IMG/VR virus record: IMGVR_UViG_3300017699_000006
Coordinates: 1-36,804 of that record
DNA length: 36,804 bases
Strand: one strand, 5' to 3'
From: a virus
Taxonomy: Duplodnaviria; Caudoviricetes
Shown here: piece by piece, positions 1 to 8,288 of the stretch
How positions within the stretch are numbered: position 1 is the stretch's first letter
Layout of the letters: the number at the start of each line of letters is the position of its first letter
Translations under genes and position numbers: made by a program
The notes under the pieces: model-generated
What the model was told of the DNA's origin: nothing
What the model saw: the letters and a program-made list of their open reading frames with translations, nothing else
Databases searched by the model: none

Positions 1-83
1 ACGTGGAACAAGTAAGCAGCGACGCGGCGCACCAAGCCGCCGACGATTTAGCGGACTGGCAGCGTGCCGGGGGTGAGCAATGA
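1..83 (+). CDS. 3' end of a hypothetical protein, truncated by the window edge (...VEQVSSDAAHQAADDLADWQRAGGEQ*)
   Basis: Open frame from position 3 to TGA 81-83; the stop overlaps the next ATG (ATGA). Confidence 0.5.
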   Translation, partial: VEQVSSDAAHQAADDLADWQRAGGEQ

Positions 84-142
84 TTGCTGTTTTGTGTGGC
101 CTGCTAGTGGCCTTGTGGATTGCCCATTTACTTGATCTATAA
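80..142 (+). CDS. 20-aa hydrophobic peptide MIAVLCGLLVALWIAHLLDL
   Basis: ATGA coupling to the upstream ORF, GGGGGTGAG upstream, terminator downstream; too short for the ORF track. Confidence 0.5.
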   Translation: MIAVLCGLLVALWIAHLLDL

Positions 143-160
143 CCCGCAACACTCACCCCG

Positions 161-183
161 CCCGGCCATGAGCCGGGTTTTTT
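161..183 (+). terminator. Rho-independent terminator
   Basis: CCCGGC-CATGA-GCCGGG followed by TTTTTT. Confidence 0.8.
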
Positions 184-411
184 ATTGCCTACAATTTGGC
201 GGCCATAATCGGCCAATGGCGGCGCGATCGCTTAGGCCGTGGCCTACATATTGCCGGGGGTATGATCGCGCCATAACGGCCATTCTGGCCGCCCTATTTG
301 ACGGCCGCGCCCGCCACGCCTGCTGGCCTACGCGCGCGCCCATGCGCCCGCACACGCCCGCGTACGCGCGCCCGCGCGTATAGCCTGGTCATTACCATTT
401 TGTTTTAATTC

Positions 412-500
412 TTGCAGGCAAACCCTCCCGTTTTTTGCAGGGGGACGCTCTGATTTTTTTGGCAGGCAAACGCTCTCGTTTTTTGCAGGCAAACGCTCTC
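412..500. repeat. Four imperfect ~23-bp direct repeats (consensus GTTTTTTGCAGGCAAACGCTCTC), iteron-like
   Basis: Copies at about 412-429, 430-452, 453-477 and 478-500, abutting the primase stop codon. Confidence 0.75.
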
Positions 501-2804
501 TTATTTCACTAGAACCATTTTGGGCTGTGGATTTTCCTCTACTGCACGGCGAAGCTCTGATTTATTGAGCGTGGTAAACACATCGGGCGCAGCAAAGATA
601 TGCTTTTTGCTTGGGTAGTCATGGGACGCTAGGCGCCCACAATCAGTCCAACCTGCTTCTTTGAAAGCGTGAAGCAAGGCGGCTTGCGGTATTTTGACAC
701 CGCTAGGCGCAACACCCGCAAGGCGATCGCACAGCGAATGAAACGGTGAGCCAACAACGCCTTTTGTGAACTCGCCCTTGCGCTCACGCATCATCTCGAC
801 CAAGAATGACTCAGCCATGCTCATGCCATGCTCAACCAAGTTGGCCTTGAACTCAGTAAACATCGGCGGCGCGGATGGGTTGAACTTGGACACGTCGCGG
901 GCATAGAACCAGTTGGCAATGGCAGCAAAACCACCAGCGCGGTACCAGTCCCATATCTTTTTGGCCTTGTTGGTGTCCATGCGGGGCGCGGTTGACCAAA
1001 TACAGAACCAACGGCGATCTTGGCTAGGCAAGCTAATAGGCACGGGATCGTTACTAAACGCCAGGACGAACAGACGATTCACCATGTCATAGGGGTGTAA
1101 GCCCTTGCGGTTGATCGACAGCGTATCAGGCGGCGCAGCGATGATGGGCTTCAGACGGTTAGCCAGTTGCCGACGTGCAGCAGCGTCAGGCTCTTTGAGT
1201 TCGTTGATAAGCAACACCTCAGACTCAAGCTGATAACCCCATTGGCTATTAACCGAATCGTTATCCATCAGGCCACGGTTTTTCATGTTCTCGCCGCAGA
1301 TAGACCATAGGAAAGGCGCCCAAAAGGTATCCTTGCCGCTGCCCTCATCGCCGCCATGCAAGATAGCGTGATTGACTTTTAGGCGTGGATTTTGCACCTT
1401 GAACGCCATTACATCTAGCACATGGTTTAACTCATCAGGATCAGGCACCAGCGTCTTGGCATGGTCAAGCCATAGATCAATGTTTGTGCCGACACCAGCA
1501 GGGATGGGCGGCCGAGCGTCAACCCAGCGATTGCCGTAAACCTTACCGTCACGCGTAACCATCACGCTATCGCCAGCAGCGTAGGTTAGCTTTTCTAAAA
1601 CCTTGCCGTTGTTGGCTTGCCTGTTTTCATCAAAGCAAACAGACGCTTCAACCTTGCGGCCGGTGTGGATCGACTTGCACGATACATGGCGAAAGATCGC
1701 GTTAAATGTGCCACGGCTAAACTCGGTACGGTCTTGCAGGTCAAAGTAAGAATCATCGGCTTGGATGTAAGCAAAGCGCTCGTACCAATGCGACTTCTCA
1801 ATACGCCCTGCTTCTTTGCGCTCGACCTCAGCGATCAGCTCGGCTGCGGTGTCGCGGTAGATCTCATTTGGGGTTAATTTTGACAGGGCAGAGGACATCT
1901 TTTCTGCAATCAGCTCATCACGCAAACCATGATCGACCTCGGGGCCACCATTGTCGGCTACCCAGTCAAGGAACATCTGCGAGCTAAAGTCCACGCAATG
2001 CCCGTGCAGGCAGCAGTAGCTACGATCAAGGGGCTTGTAGCGCCCTTCAATGTTGCCATCGGTATGCTCGCCGTTGTTGGGGCAAACTACACCCATCCAG
2101 CCCTCGCCATTGGGCGCGGACAACACCAAACCTTGCTCGTTGAGCCATGTCATCACCGAGTCTTTGCCCGTGTCAGCAAGGCGAATGGGGTTGTTTTGTG
2201 CGGTATCGGTTGGGTCAGGCACCACGTTAAGGGCAGTGCATATCTCAGCCAAGGTGTACTCACGCTCGGGGTGGAACTCGGTTAACACCGAGGCAAAGTT
2301 ACCGCGCCCCGGTTTGAGATTGACTGAGCCGGGCAGACGGAAGTTACGCACGGCGTTGGTAGCGCCAGGGTCGGTGTAGCCTGCTTTGGCAATTGCCTTA
2401 ATCGCTGCGGTAAAGTCACCCTTGCTTGGCTGCTCACTAAAGGCGTAACCCCATTGGTAGGAACCTTCGGAGGTTTCCATGATCCATGTAGGCGCAAGGG
2501 GTGGCTCGGCTGACTTGGTGCCGATGTCGTCTAACATCATCACTAGGACGTATTCGCAGTTGGCGGCAGACGCGGACACCTTGCCATCAGCAAAGCGGTC
2601 AAGGATAAACGAGCCTGTATTGCCGTAGATTGCCCAGTCTTTCTTGAGCTTGGCGGTAGGCAAGAAGGCAGGCCAAGTACACTTGATCGTGCCATCGGCA
2701 TGGGTCTGCATTAGCCCGTTGCCGTCTAACTGTGGCTTTTGACGCACAATCAGGGCTGTTTCGCCCTCGGGGGCTAAGTTCGTGATATATTCTAAAAAGT
2801 TCAT
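501..2804 (-). CDS. Primase-helicase: RepB-like/AEP primase, Zn-binding segment and SF3 (DUF5906-like) helicase
   Basis: LDDIG, ETSEGSYQWGY and RNFRLPGSVNLKPGR primase motifs; CPNNGEH...CLHGHC; Walker A GDEGSGKD and Walker B LLINE. Confidence 0.85.
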   Translation of the reverse strand: MNFLEYITNLAPEGETALIVRQKPQLDGNGLMQTHADGTIKCTWPAFLPTAKLKKDWAIYGNTGSFILDRFADGKVSASAANCEYVLVMMLDDIGTKSAEPPLAPTWIMETSEGSYQWGYAFSEQPSKGDFTAAIKAIAKAGYTDPGATNAVRNFRLPGSVNLKPGRGNFASVLTEFHPEREYTLAEICTALNVVPDPTDTAQNNPIRLADTGKDSVMTWLNEQGLVLSAPNGEGWMGVVCPNNGEHTDGNIEGRYKPLDRSYCCLHGHCVDFSSQMFLDWVADNGGPEVDHGLRDELIAEKMSSALSKLTPNEIYRDTAAELIAEVERKEAGRIEKSHWYERFAYIQADDSYFDLQDRTEFSRGTFNAIFRHVSCKSIHTGRKVEASVCFDENRQANNGKVLEKLTYAAGDSVMVTRDGKVYGNRWVDARPPIPAGVGTNIDLWLDHAKTLVPDPDELNHVLDVMAFKVQNPRLKVNHAILHGGDEGSGKDTFWAPFLWSICGENMKNRGLMDNDSVNSQWGYQLESEVLLINELKEPDAAARRQLANRLKPIIAAPPDTLSINRKGLHPYDMVNRLFVLAFSNDPVPISLPSQDRRWFCIWSTAPRMDTNKAKKIWDWYRAGGFAAIANWFYARDVSKFNPSAPPMFTEFKANLVEHGMSMAESFLVEMMRERKGEFTKGVVGSPFHSLCDRLAGVAPSGVKIPQAALLHAFKEAGWTDCGRLASHDYPSKKHIFAAPDVFTTLNKSELRRAVEENPQPKMVLVK

Positions 2805-2827
2805 TAAATTCCTTTCGTGAGGGATAT

Positions 2828-2857
2828 CCCCCTAGCTCAACACTAGGGGGTTTTTTT
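2828..2857 (+). terminator. Hairpin with T-tract on the + strand, antisense to the flanking genes
   Basis: CCCCCTAG-CTCAACA-CTAGGGGG followed by TTTTTTT. Confidence 0.6.
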
Positions 2858-3623
2858 ATTCAGTACATTCGCAGGGCGATTCAAACCCTACGTTTGGCAA
2901 TGGTTGGTTCTGTAGGTGCAACTCAACTAGGTTTTTCCACGCATAATTTCTACCTAAACCCTTAATTGTAGTTAGCTCTGCTTGTTCTTCAACGGCTACT
3001 GCGCGGTTAAATAAGTCAGGGTGCTTATTGTATAGCTCGATGACTTCTGTCTTTTTAGATGATGGGCAAAAGAAACACGCAGACTTACCAATGTTTTTAA
3101 ATCCATAACGTTCCATGACAGCTAAACAATCTTCTCTATCCCAACCCCATTCAATCAATGGGTATTCGTAGGTGTATTTAGGGTCATCACGCTTGGCTGC
3201 GTTCTCGGCTCGGTGGCTCTCGTTTGCGTCATAACCAACGTATTTAACGCATTTTTGCCCTGTTTTCCACACTTCTTTGGCAGGCGCCCAATGGTTTAAA
3301 TACTTATCTTGTGGCGCAATCTTATGCTTTTGTGAGCAAGACTTAAAACCGTAGGCAATCGAAGGCAAGTTGCGCCTGCGGTGGCACTCTTGTTCTAAGC
3401 TTTCCAAACTGCCGTCACGCCGCACACGCTTAACAATTGTGATTGCGGGATAACCTTGGTTTGTCAGCCAACTACTAAAATTCTCAATGTGGGCGTATGT
3501 TTCTGGGCGCTCTGCGCCTGTATCAGCAAACAAGATCAGGTCTATCGGTCTTTTGTTCTCTATCAAGCCTAAGATCATCGCCGTGCTGTCTACACCCCCA
3601 CCAAAAGCAACAATATGTTTCAT
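2856..3623 (-). CDS. PAPS-reductase-like / PP-loop adenine nucleotide alpha-hydrolase family protein
   Basis: VAFGGGVDS PP-loop, FADTGAERPETY, CSQKHKIAP, YPLIEWGW, SACFFCP, C-terminal CECTE; start moved to ATG 3623, which overlaps the polymerase TGA. Confidence 0.8.
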   Translation of the reverse strand: MKHIVAFGGGVDSTAMILGLIENKRPIDLILFADTGAERPETYAHIENFSSWLTNQGYPAITIVKRVRRDGSLESLEQECHRRRNLPSIAYGFKSCSQKHKIAPQDKYLNHWAPAKEVWKTGQKCVKYVGYDANESHRAENAAKRDDPKYTYEYPLIEWGWDREDCLAVMERYGFKNIGKSACFFCPSSKKTEVIELYNKHPDLFNRAVAVEEQAELTTIKGLGRNYAWKNLVELHLQNQPLPNVGFESPCECTE

Positions 3624-5587
3624 TTGCCGTACCTTTGCATGGTTGCTATTTCTACTCCCAAAGGGATGCCTTTTGCCCACTCAGGTGGGGTACACATTAT
3701 GCGCTCCATCTCAAGGGCTACTGCTTCAGGTCTATCTGTTTCGACCACAATTTCATCATGGACGTGTAATACCACACCATCCAATTCACGCAAAGAATGT
3801 CTAAGTAGATCATTGGCAACCGCTTGGGTGATGTTTTCACAGGCTAATCCTTTCCATAGTCTTGCTCTAGGCCACTCTTTCGCATCGGCTGCGGGTTTCC
3901 ATGCTGCCTTGGCGTAGGTGACGCCATCGGCGTCTAACTTGGCAAACGGATAACAGAGAACGCGCCCAGAAGGTAAAGCATACCAAAGATGTTGCCCATC
4001 GTACATATAGGTAACTCTACCTGCTGAAAACTCATGGTTTTTGTTCCGCATAGCCCTTGTGTATGCTGACTCAAGGTTCTGCCAATATGGTACAGCCCAT
4101 GGGTTCGCTAAGCGCCACCCTGCCACCATGCGCTTGGCTTGGGGTTCAGGTAACAAGATGCCGTAGGCTCTACCCATCGACGCAAACGCGCCCACACCGC
4201 CTGCAAAGCCGCAGGCTAACTCTTGGACTTTTCCAATTTGCCGCTGTTCACCGTCAACGTCAGCAATGGGGACGTGGAAGGTTGCGGAAGCGTTAACCCT
4301 ATAGACGTCCTCTCCGCGTTCAAAAAGCGATAGTTTCTGAACACCGGCGTCGGAATTGGATAGCCAGGGGTTGACCCTTGCTTCGATTCCTGACCAGTCG
4401 GCAACGACGAGGGACTTTCCCACAGCGGGTACCAAAGCTGGCCTAAGCATTCCTTTGAGGACGTCGGTGACTCGGCGTCCAAAGGCAGGGACAATTGCGT
4501 GGCCTCTAACCATAGCTTGTCGAGTGGCATCAGGATCCTTAGCGCATTTGCGGGTGAAGTTGTGGACTTGGGCGCCGTAACTGCTTGCTCTGCCTGTGGC
4601 AGACCCGCCTGCGAACACAAACGCCCCACGAACTCGGTGATCTTCTTCATCGGCTAACTCCGTCAATCTCTTGAATTTTGCAACACTAGACGCCCATAGG
4701 TCGTCCGCACATTGGATAACATCAGCAACTTCCGCTGGTATTTCATCGGGGTTTTCTTCAGCAAGAATAAGTAAGTTAGCTCGAACTGTTTTGTCGATCG
4801 AATATTTTTTATCGCCATCTTTGTACATTTCCATTAACTTTTTAGCTTCGTCACCGACCCGAGCCAAGACCCATTCTCTCATGCGGGGGCTGCGGACAGA
4901 AGTGATTTCGCCTTCGGTAATCTCAGTAACGAGCGTCTGTATTTCGTCTAATTCTTCCCCTGCGTAGCGGATCGCCGCCTGCGCCAAGGGCTTGTCTAAC
5001 ATCACGCCGCGGTCATTGATACGCTCATTGACGTGGTAATCAAGCAACTCATCGGGGGATAACTGGCGCATAGCCTGTGAGATGGCACGCATCGTCCGCA
5101 CGTCTTGCAGGGCGTAGTTACCCATTTCTGCCATCAAGGTGGGGTCTGTATTAAATGTACCATCTGCCTTGGGGATGCACAACAAACGGATCAGTTGCTT
5201 GCCCCGGTGGTCTTTCTTCATACTACTGCTTGCAAAGCGTCCAACGTCCTCAAGTGAGCCTGGCGCGCAGTTGGCACGGGCTTGCGCGGCTGTGCAGTAC
5301 CACTGCTCAAGCTTAGGCATTGGAACGCCGAAGTCAGGGCAAAGGACGAACTCGGTAATCAGGCGATCAAAGCCTGCGTTATGCGCCCTGAGCTGACCGC
5401 CTGCTGCGATCAGATCCGCTACTTGCGCTGGAAACGGCTGATCGGGTGTCCACAAGGACACCTCCTCATCGTCTATGGCATACGCCATGCACAGGATCTC
5501 GGTGCTAGGGTCTTGCGCGTAGTTGTAACCGCCACGACTGGGTAAGTCGCAGCGGCTACGCGTTTCGTAATCAAGCCAAAGGATCAC
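3620..5587 (-). CDS. polA: DNA polymerase, family A, with 3'-5' exonuclease domain
   Basis: Exonuclease motifs LDYET, AHNAGFD, YALQDV; motif A ADWSGIEARV, motif B RQIGKVQELACGF, motif C HVHDE; GTG start. Confidence 0.93.
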   Translation of the reverse strand: MILWLDYETRSRCDLPSRGGYNYAQDPSTEILCMAYAIDDEEVSLWTPDQPFPAQVADLIAAGGQLRAHNAGFDRLITEFVLCPDFGVPMPKLEQWYCTAAQARANCAPGSLEDVGRFASSSMKKDHRGKQLIRLLCIPKADGTFNTDPTLMAEMGNYALQDVRTMRAISQAMRQLSPDELLDYHVNERINDRGVMLDKPLAQAAIRYAGEELDEIQTLVTEITEGEITSVRSPRMREWVLARVGDEAKKLMEMYKDGDKKYSIDKTVRANLLILAEENPDEIPAEVADVIQCADDLWASSVAKFKRLTELADEEDHRVRGAFVFAGGSATGRASSYGAQVHNFTRKCAKDPDATRQAMVRGHAIVPAFGRRVTDVLKGMLRPALVPAVGKSLVVADWSGIEARVNPWLSNSDAGVQKLSLFERGEDVYRVNASATFHVPIADVDGEQRQIGKVQELACGFAGGVGAFASMGRAYGILLPEPQAKRMVAGWRLANPWAVPYWQNLESAYTRAMRNKNHEFSAGRVTYMYDGQHLWYALPSGRVLCYPFAKLDADGVTYAKAAWKPAADAKEWPRARLWKGLACENITQAVANDLLRHSLRELDGVVLHVHDEIVVETDRPEAVALEMERIMCTPPEWAKGIPLGVEIATMQRYGK

Positions 5588-5742
5588 TTACAAGCCTCCC
5601 AATCCCATCCAAACATTAGCTTTACCATATTTTTATGAAACCAATTAGGCTTCTTTTGAACATAGATACGAAATGAATGATTAATAACCCAACATCCTGA
5701 GTCTGGCGGCGGCGTATGAATATAAAACTGAGTCGTAGTCAT
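5584..5742 (-). CDS. Hypothetical protein (52 aa, MTTTQFYIH...FGWDWEACK)
   Basis: ATG 5742 overlaps the upstream TGA; its stop overlaps the polymerase GTG. Confidence 0.6.
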   Translation of the reverse strand: MTTTQFYIHTPPPDSGCWVINHSFRIYVQKKPNWFHKNMVKLMFGWDWEACK

Positions 5743-5834
5743 TCTCTCGTAACCTTTCTCAGCAAATACCCAACCGCCATTCCTATAAGATAGCAAGCGC
5801 TACATAGTAGCCCAACGAAGTTTAGCTCGGTCAT
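5739..5834 (-). CDS. 31-aa membrane peptide MTELNFVGLLCSACYLIGMAVGYLLRKVTRE
   Basis: ATGA overlaps at both ends; hydrophobic core with a basic tail; absent from the ORF track. Confidence 0.6.
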   Translation of the reverse strand: MTELNFVGLLCSACYLIGMAVGYLLRKVTRE

Positions 5835-6136
5835 TTCACCACCTCTGCTGATTTAAGTTCGCCTGTTTCACCATCAAAAGTTACCTGAATCCGTTGTTCA
5901 TCTTTTTCTCTTGAAAACCCGGTAGCGTCGTAAAAACGAAGGCCGCCAAGAGGATGGCTTTCTAACATAAATGCCTTAACAATATCAGGCTTTGTTTTAG
6001 ATTTAATGCGGTACTCCATATCTTCTTGCCATCTTGGGTCTTTAGTAAGGTACCAAACTCTACAATCTCTACATTCAATCTCAGCACCATCAGCCCATGC
6101 TTTGATTAATTCTGCGTGTTTATGTGGTTTATTCAC
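5831..6136 (-). CDS. Hypothetical protein with KPHKHAELIKAWADG...EYRIK domain
   Basis: GTG start with AAAGGA SD; N-terminus shared with 10406..10720. Confidence 0.75.
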   Translation of the reverse strand: MNKPHKHAELIKAWADGAEIECRDCRVWYLTKDPRWQEDMEYRIKSKTKPDIVKAFMLESHPLGGLRFYDATGFSREKDEQRIQVTFDGETGELKSAEVVK

Positions 6137-6158
6137 TTTATTGTCCTTTACTGTAGTG

Positions 6159-6228
6159 TAGGTGGGGCTACTAACGGCGCTGCCTTTGCATTTCAGCTAA
6201 CTGGTCAACGTGATCGCTTTCGCCCCTA
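6159..6228 (-). ncRNA. Candidate structured intergenic RNA with a loop E / bulged-G motif
   Basis: On the - strand GGGGC-GAA-AGCG...CGTT-AGTA-GCCCC with inner CGTTG/CAGCG and CAG-TTAG-CTG pairings. Confidence 0.4.
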
Positions 6229-6232
6229 TTCA

Positions 6233-6385
6233 TTACTTTTCTTCGGTTTCAACTACAGGATTGACCTGTGGGTCTGCCTGCTGTTTGAGCTTTTCGATCA
6301 GCGGAGCTGAAAACTCATACGGCAACTTCGACAGTCCCATCAGGACACCGTTCACTTCTTCAATGGTTAGTTCTAACTTAATCAT
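6233..6385 (-). CDS. Hypothetical protein (50 aa, MIKLELTIEEVNGVLMGLSKLPY...)
   Basis: ATG 1 nt after the upstream stop, GGAG SD; the ORF-track extension to 6517 overlaps the upstream gene. Confidence 0.7.
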   Translation of the reverse strand: MIKLELTIEEVNGVLMGLSKLPYEFSAPLIEKLKQQADPQVNPVVETEEK

Positions 6386-6386
6386 C

Positions 6387-7064
6387 TTAGGCTCCCGAAC
6401 GACGGCGACGTGCTGGCGCTGCTTCGGCTTGAACAGCATCATCCTCTGTAAGCGCCGGATTAACTTCAAAGTTTGGTTCGGCTTGTGCGGCGTCGCCGTC
6501 CATACCAACCCACTCAACTACTTTGAATACTGGGGTGTAGATACGGCCATAGGACTTGTGGGTGTAATGCTCTTTGCCCAATTCGACGACGGGTACTGGC
6601 TTCTCTTGGTCTTTGTCTACCTGCGTAGCAATCGCTACTGCCAAGGCTTGAACCGCCTTCTTACCGCCCACAGACGTGGTGGTATAGCGCGCTTCCATGC
6701 CTTTATCTTCACCAGATAGGCACTTGATCGACATACCAACCTGCGTTTCCCAACCCTTTTTGGCACCTGGGGGCGCTGCTTCGAGTTCAGGCAATGGCTG
6801 GCTGACGTTGACCATCTTCTCGGCTAACACTTCACCGTCGCCCCACGCAATGTAGCCGTGAACAAACGAGAAAGGGTTAACAGCCCAAGTCGAGTCGTCC
6901 TCGATCTCGGTCTGATCTGCACCGAATACCCAGTGACCTGTCTTGTCCATCTTGATAATGACGGTGCCAGCGCCGCCAACATCGGCTTCGATGGTACGCA
7001 AGGCTGTAGCCAATGACTTAACAGAAGGAAGGTTTGCACCTGAGAAAGTTGTGATATTTGACAT
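6387..7064 (-). CDS. Putative single-stranded DNA-binding / replication protein
   Basis: Lies between the Cas4-like nuclease and PolA, the usual SSB slot; beta-rich core with an acidic tail ending RRRR; AAGGA SD. Confidence 0.5.
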   Translation of the reverse strand: MSNITTFSGANLPSVKSLATALRTIEADVGGAGTVIIKMDKTGHWVFGADQTEIEDDSTWAVNPFSFVHGYIAWGDGEVLAEKMVNVSQPLPELEAAPPGAKKGWETQVGMSIKCLSGEDKGMEARYTTTSVGGKKAVQALAVAIATQVDKDQEKPVPVVELGKEHYTHKSYGRIYTPVFKVVEWVGMDGDAAQAEPNFEVNPALTEDDAVQAEAAPARRRRSGA

Positions 7065-7075
7065 TATTTGATTCC

Positions 7076-8215
7076 TTATTGAATTTTAGAAAGGGCGGCG
7101 GTGAGTTGCTGCCCGATTTGTAATACCGCAAGTCTTGGATCTGATTCCTCAACCAGCGTACTGCCACTGCTTACTGCTACTACTTGATTGGCAGGCAATT
7201 GCTTGCCATGCTTTTTCAATACTTTTTCAGCTTGGGCTGGTGATATTACCGTACTTGTGAGTAGCTCACTCTCAGGAATACCCTCATTTAGCATCGCAAC
7301 CAAGGCTTGATCGTCGTCAGCCCATTGGCGCGTAGCGCGCTTGGCAACTAACTTAAAGCCTGGCACGGGTTTGCCTGCCTCTAACACTTGATGCGCTAGG
7401 GCGCGGACGTCTGTGATCCACTGCTCAAGCATATCGGCCTTCTTGAGATAGTCAGCGATCTGCGCTACGTCAAGGATGTCTAGCTGGGCGTGTAGGCTGC
7501 GCTCGACCATGCCTGTCATCTTGGGGCAGGTAGGCTTGGCAGCGCACCAACGGCAATGGTCGCCTGTGTTTAGAGGCGCGTCAGGCGATTGGCTGATCTT
7601 GACCGCCATCGCTAGCTCTTGCTCAAACTGCTTGATGCGCTTAGTGGTTGTAACCCAACGCTTTACACTTGGGGGCTGAACGATGATGCACTCGACCTCG
7701 TCGCACTCCTCAAACACCCACTGCACCTCGGGTGTACGCATGGCGGCGGCTGCGTAGAACATTAGCTGAGGATTATCGGTAGCATCCACAGCAACGCCGC
7801 TACCAAATTTCCAATCCAAAATAAAAGCGCGCCTGCCAATACGACCAAGAAGATCAGTAGAACCGAACACGCCAGGAAGGAAATCTCCGAAACCCACCCT
7901 TGTTTCTGTTGCATATTCCATCTCCTTATTGGGATCAATCTCATCTAACGCGCGTAAGGCGGGGTAAACCTTTTCGTCAATTAGCTCTTGGGTTAACTTG
8001 ATACCTTCGTATTCCATGCCAGCGAATGACTCAGGCGTTTGGTTGGTAGTCAGGATCAGATCCATGACGTTGTGTAAGAGGGTGCCTTCGTCAGCGTATT
8101 TGCTTGAAGGTTTAGGGGGCATCTTGGCGCACAAGGCTACAGAGCCAGGGCAACTGATGACCCGCTTGGCGGTAGAACCGCCGACAACACGGGAGTGCTG
8201 GACTACTTCGTTCAT
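7076..8215 (-). CDS. Cas4-like PD-(D/E)xK exonuclease (DUF2800-type)
   Basis: CPGS, EGTLLH, GSTD, DWKFG, QLMFYA and CRWCAAKPTCP Fe-S staple cysteines. Confidence 0.85.
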   Translation of the reverse strand: MNEVVQHSRVVGGSTAKRVISCPGSVALCAKMPPKPSSKYADEGTLLHNVMDLILTTNQTPESFAGMEYEGIKLTQELIDEKVYPALRALDEIDPNKEMEYATETRVGFGDFLPGVFGSTDLLGRIGRRAFILDWKFGSGVAVDATDNPQLMFYAAAAMRTPEVQWVFEECDEVECIIVQPPSVKRWVTTTKRIKQFEQELAMAVKISQSPDAPLNTGDHCRWCAAKPTCPKMTGMVERSLHAQLDILDVAQIADYLKKADMLEQWITDVRALAHQVLEAGKPVPGFKLVAKRATRQWADDDQALVAMLNEGIPESELLTSTVISPAQAEKVLKKHGKQLPANQVVAVSSGSTLVEESDPRLAVLQIGQQLTAALSKIQ

Positions 8216-8246
8216 TTTGTTTCCTTTACTTTAGTTGACTGAGATT

Positions 8247-8288
8247 AAACTTTACCACAACTTTTAAACTTGTGATAAACTTTTTTAC
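8247..8288. promoter_or_regulatory. Overlapping divergent promoters within an inverted repeat
   Basis: TTTACCACAA-N9-TTGTGATAAA; extended -10 TGaTAAACT (+) and TGgTAAAGT (-) between divergent operons. Confidence 0.6.

Noticed and set aside
120-383. 87-aa ORF from the track
   Set aside because: Non-ATG start, crosses a terminator and the hairpin/CGCG tract, and has a low-complexity Arg/Pro/Ala composition
412-500. Mini-CRISPR array
   Set aside because: The repeats are contiguous with no unique spacers
3624-3680. Track start of the PAPS-reductase-like ORF at 3680
   Set aside because: Lies inside polA; ATG 3623 gives ATGA coupling and puts the PP-loop strand at the N-terminus
7076-8215. Cas4-like gene as evidence of a CRISPR system
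   Set aside because: No other cas genes or repeat-spacer array; solo Cas4-like nucleases are common in phage replication modules
8251-8279. DnaA boxes in the divergent promoter
   Set aside because: TTTACCACA and TTTATCACA both miss the TTWTNCACA consensus; extended -10 elements explain the sequence
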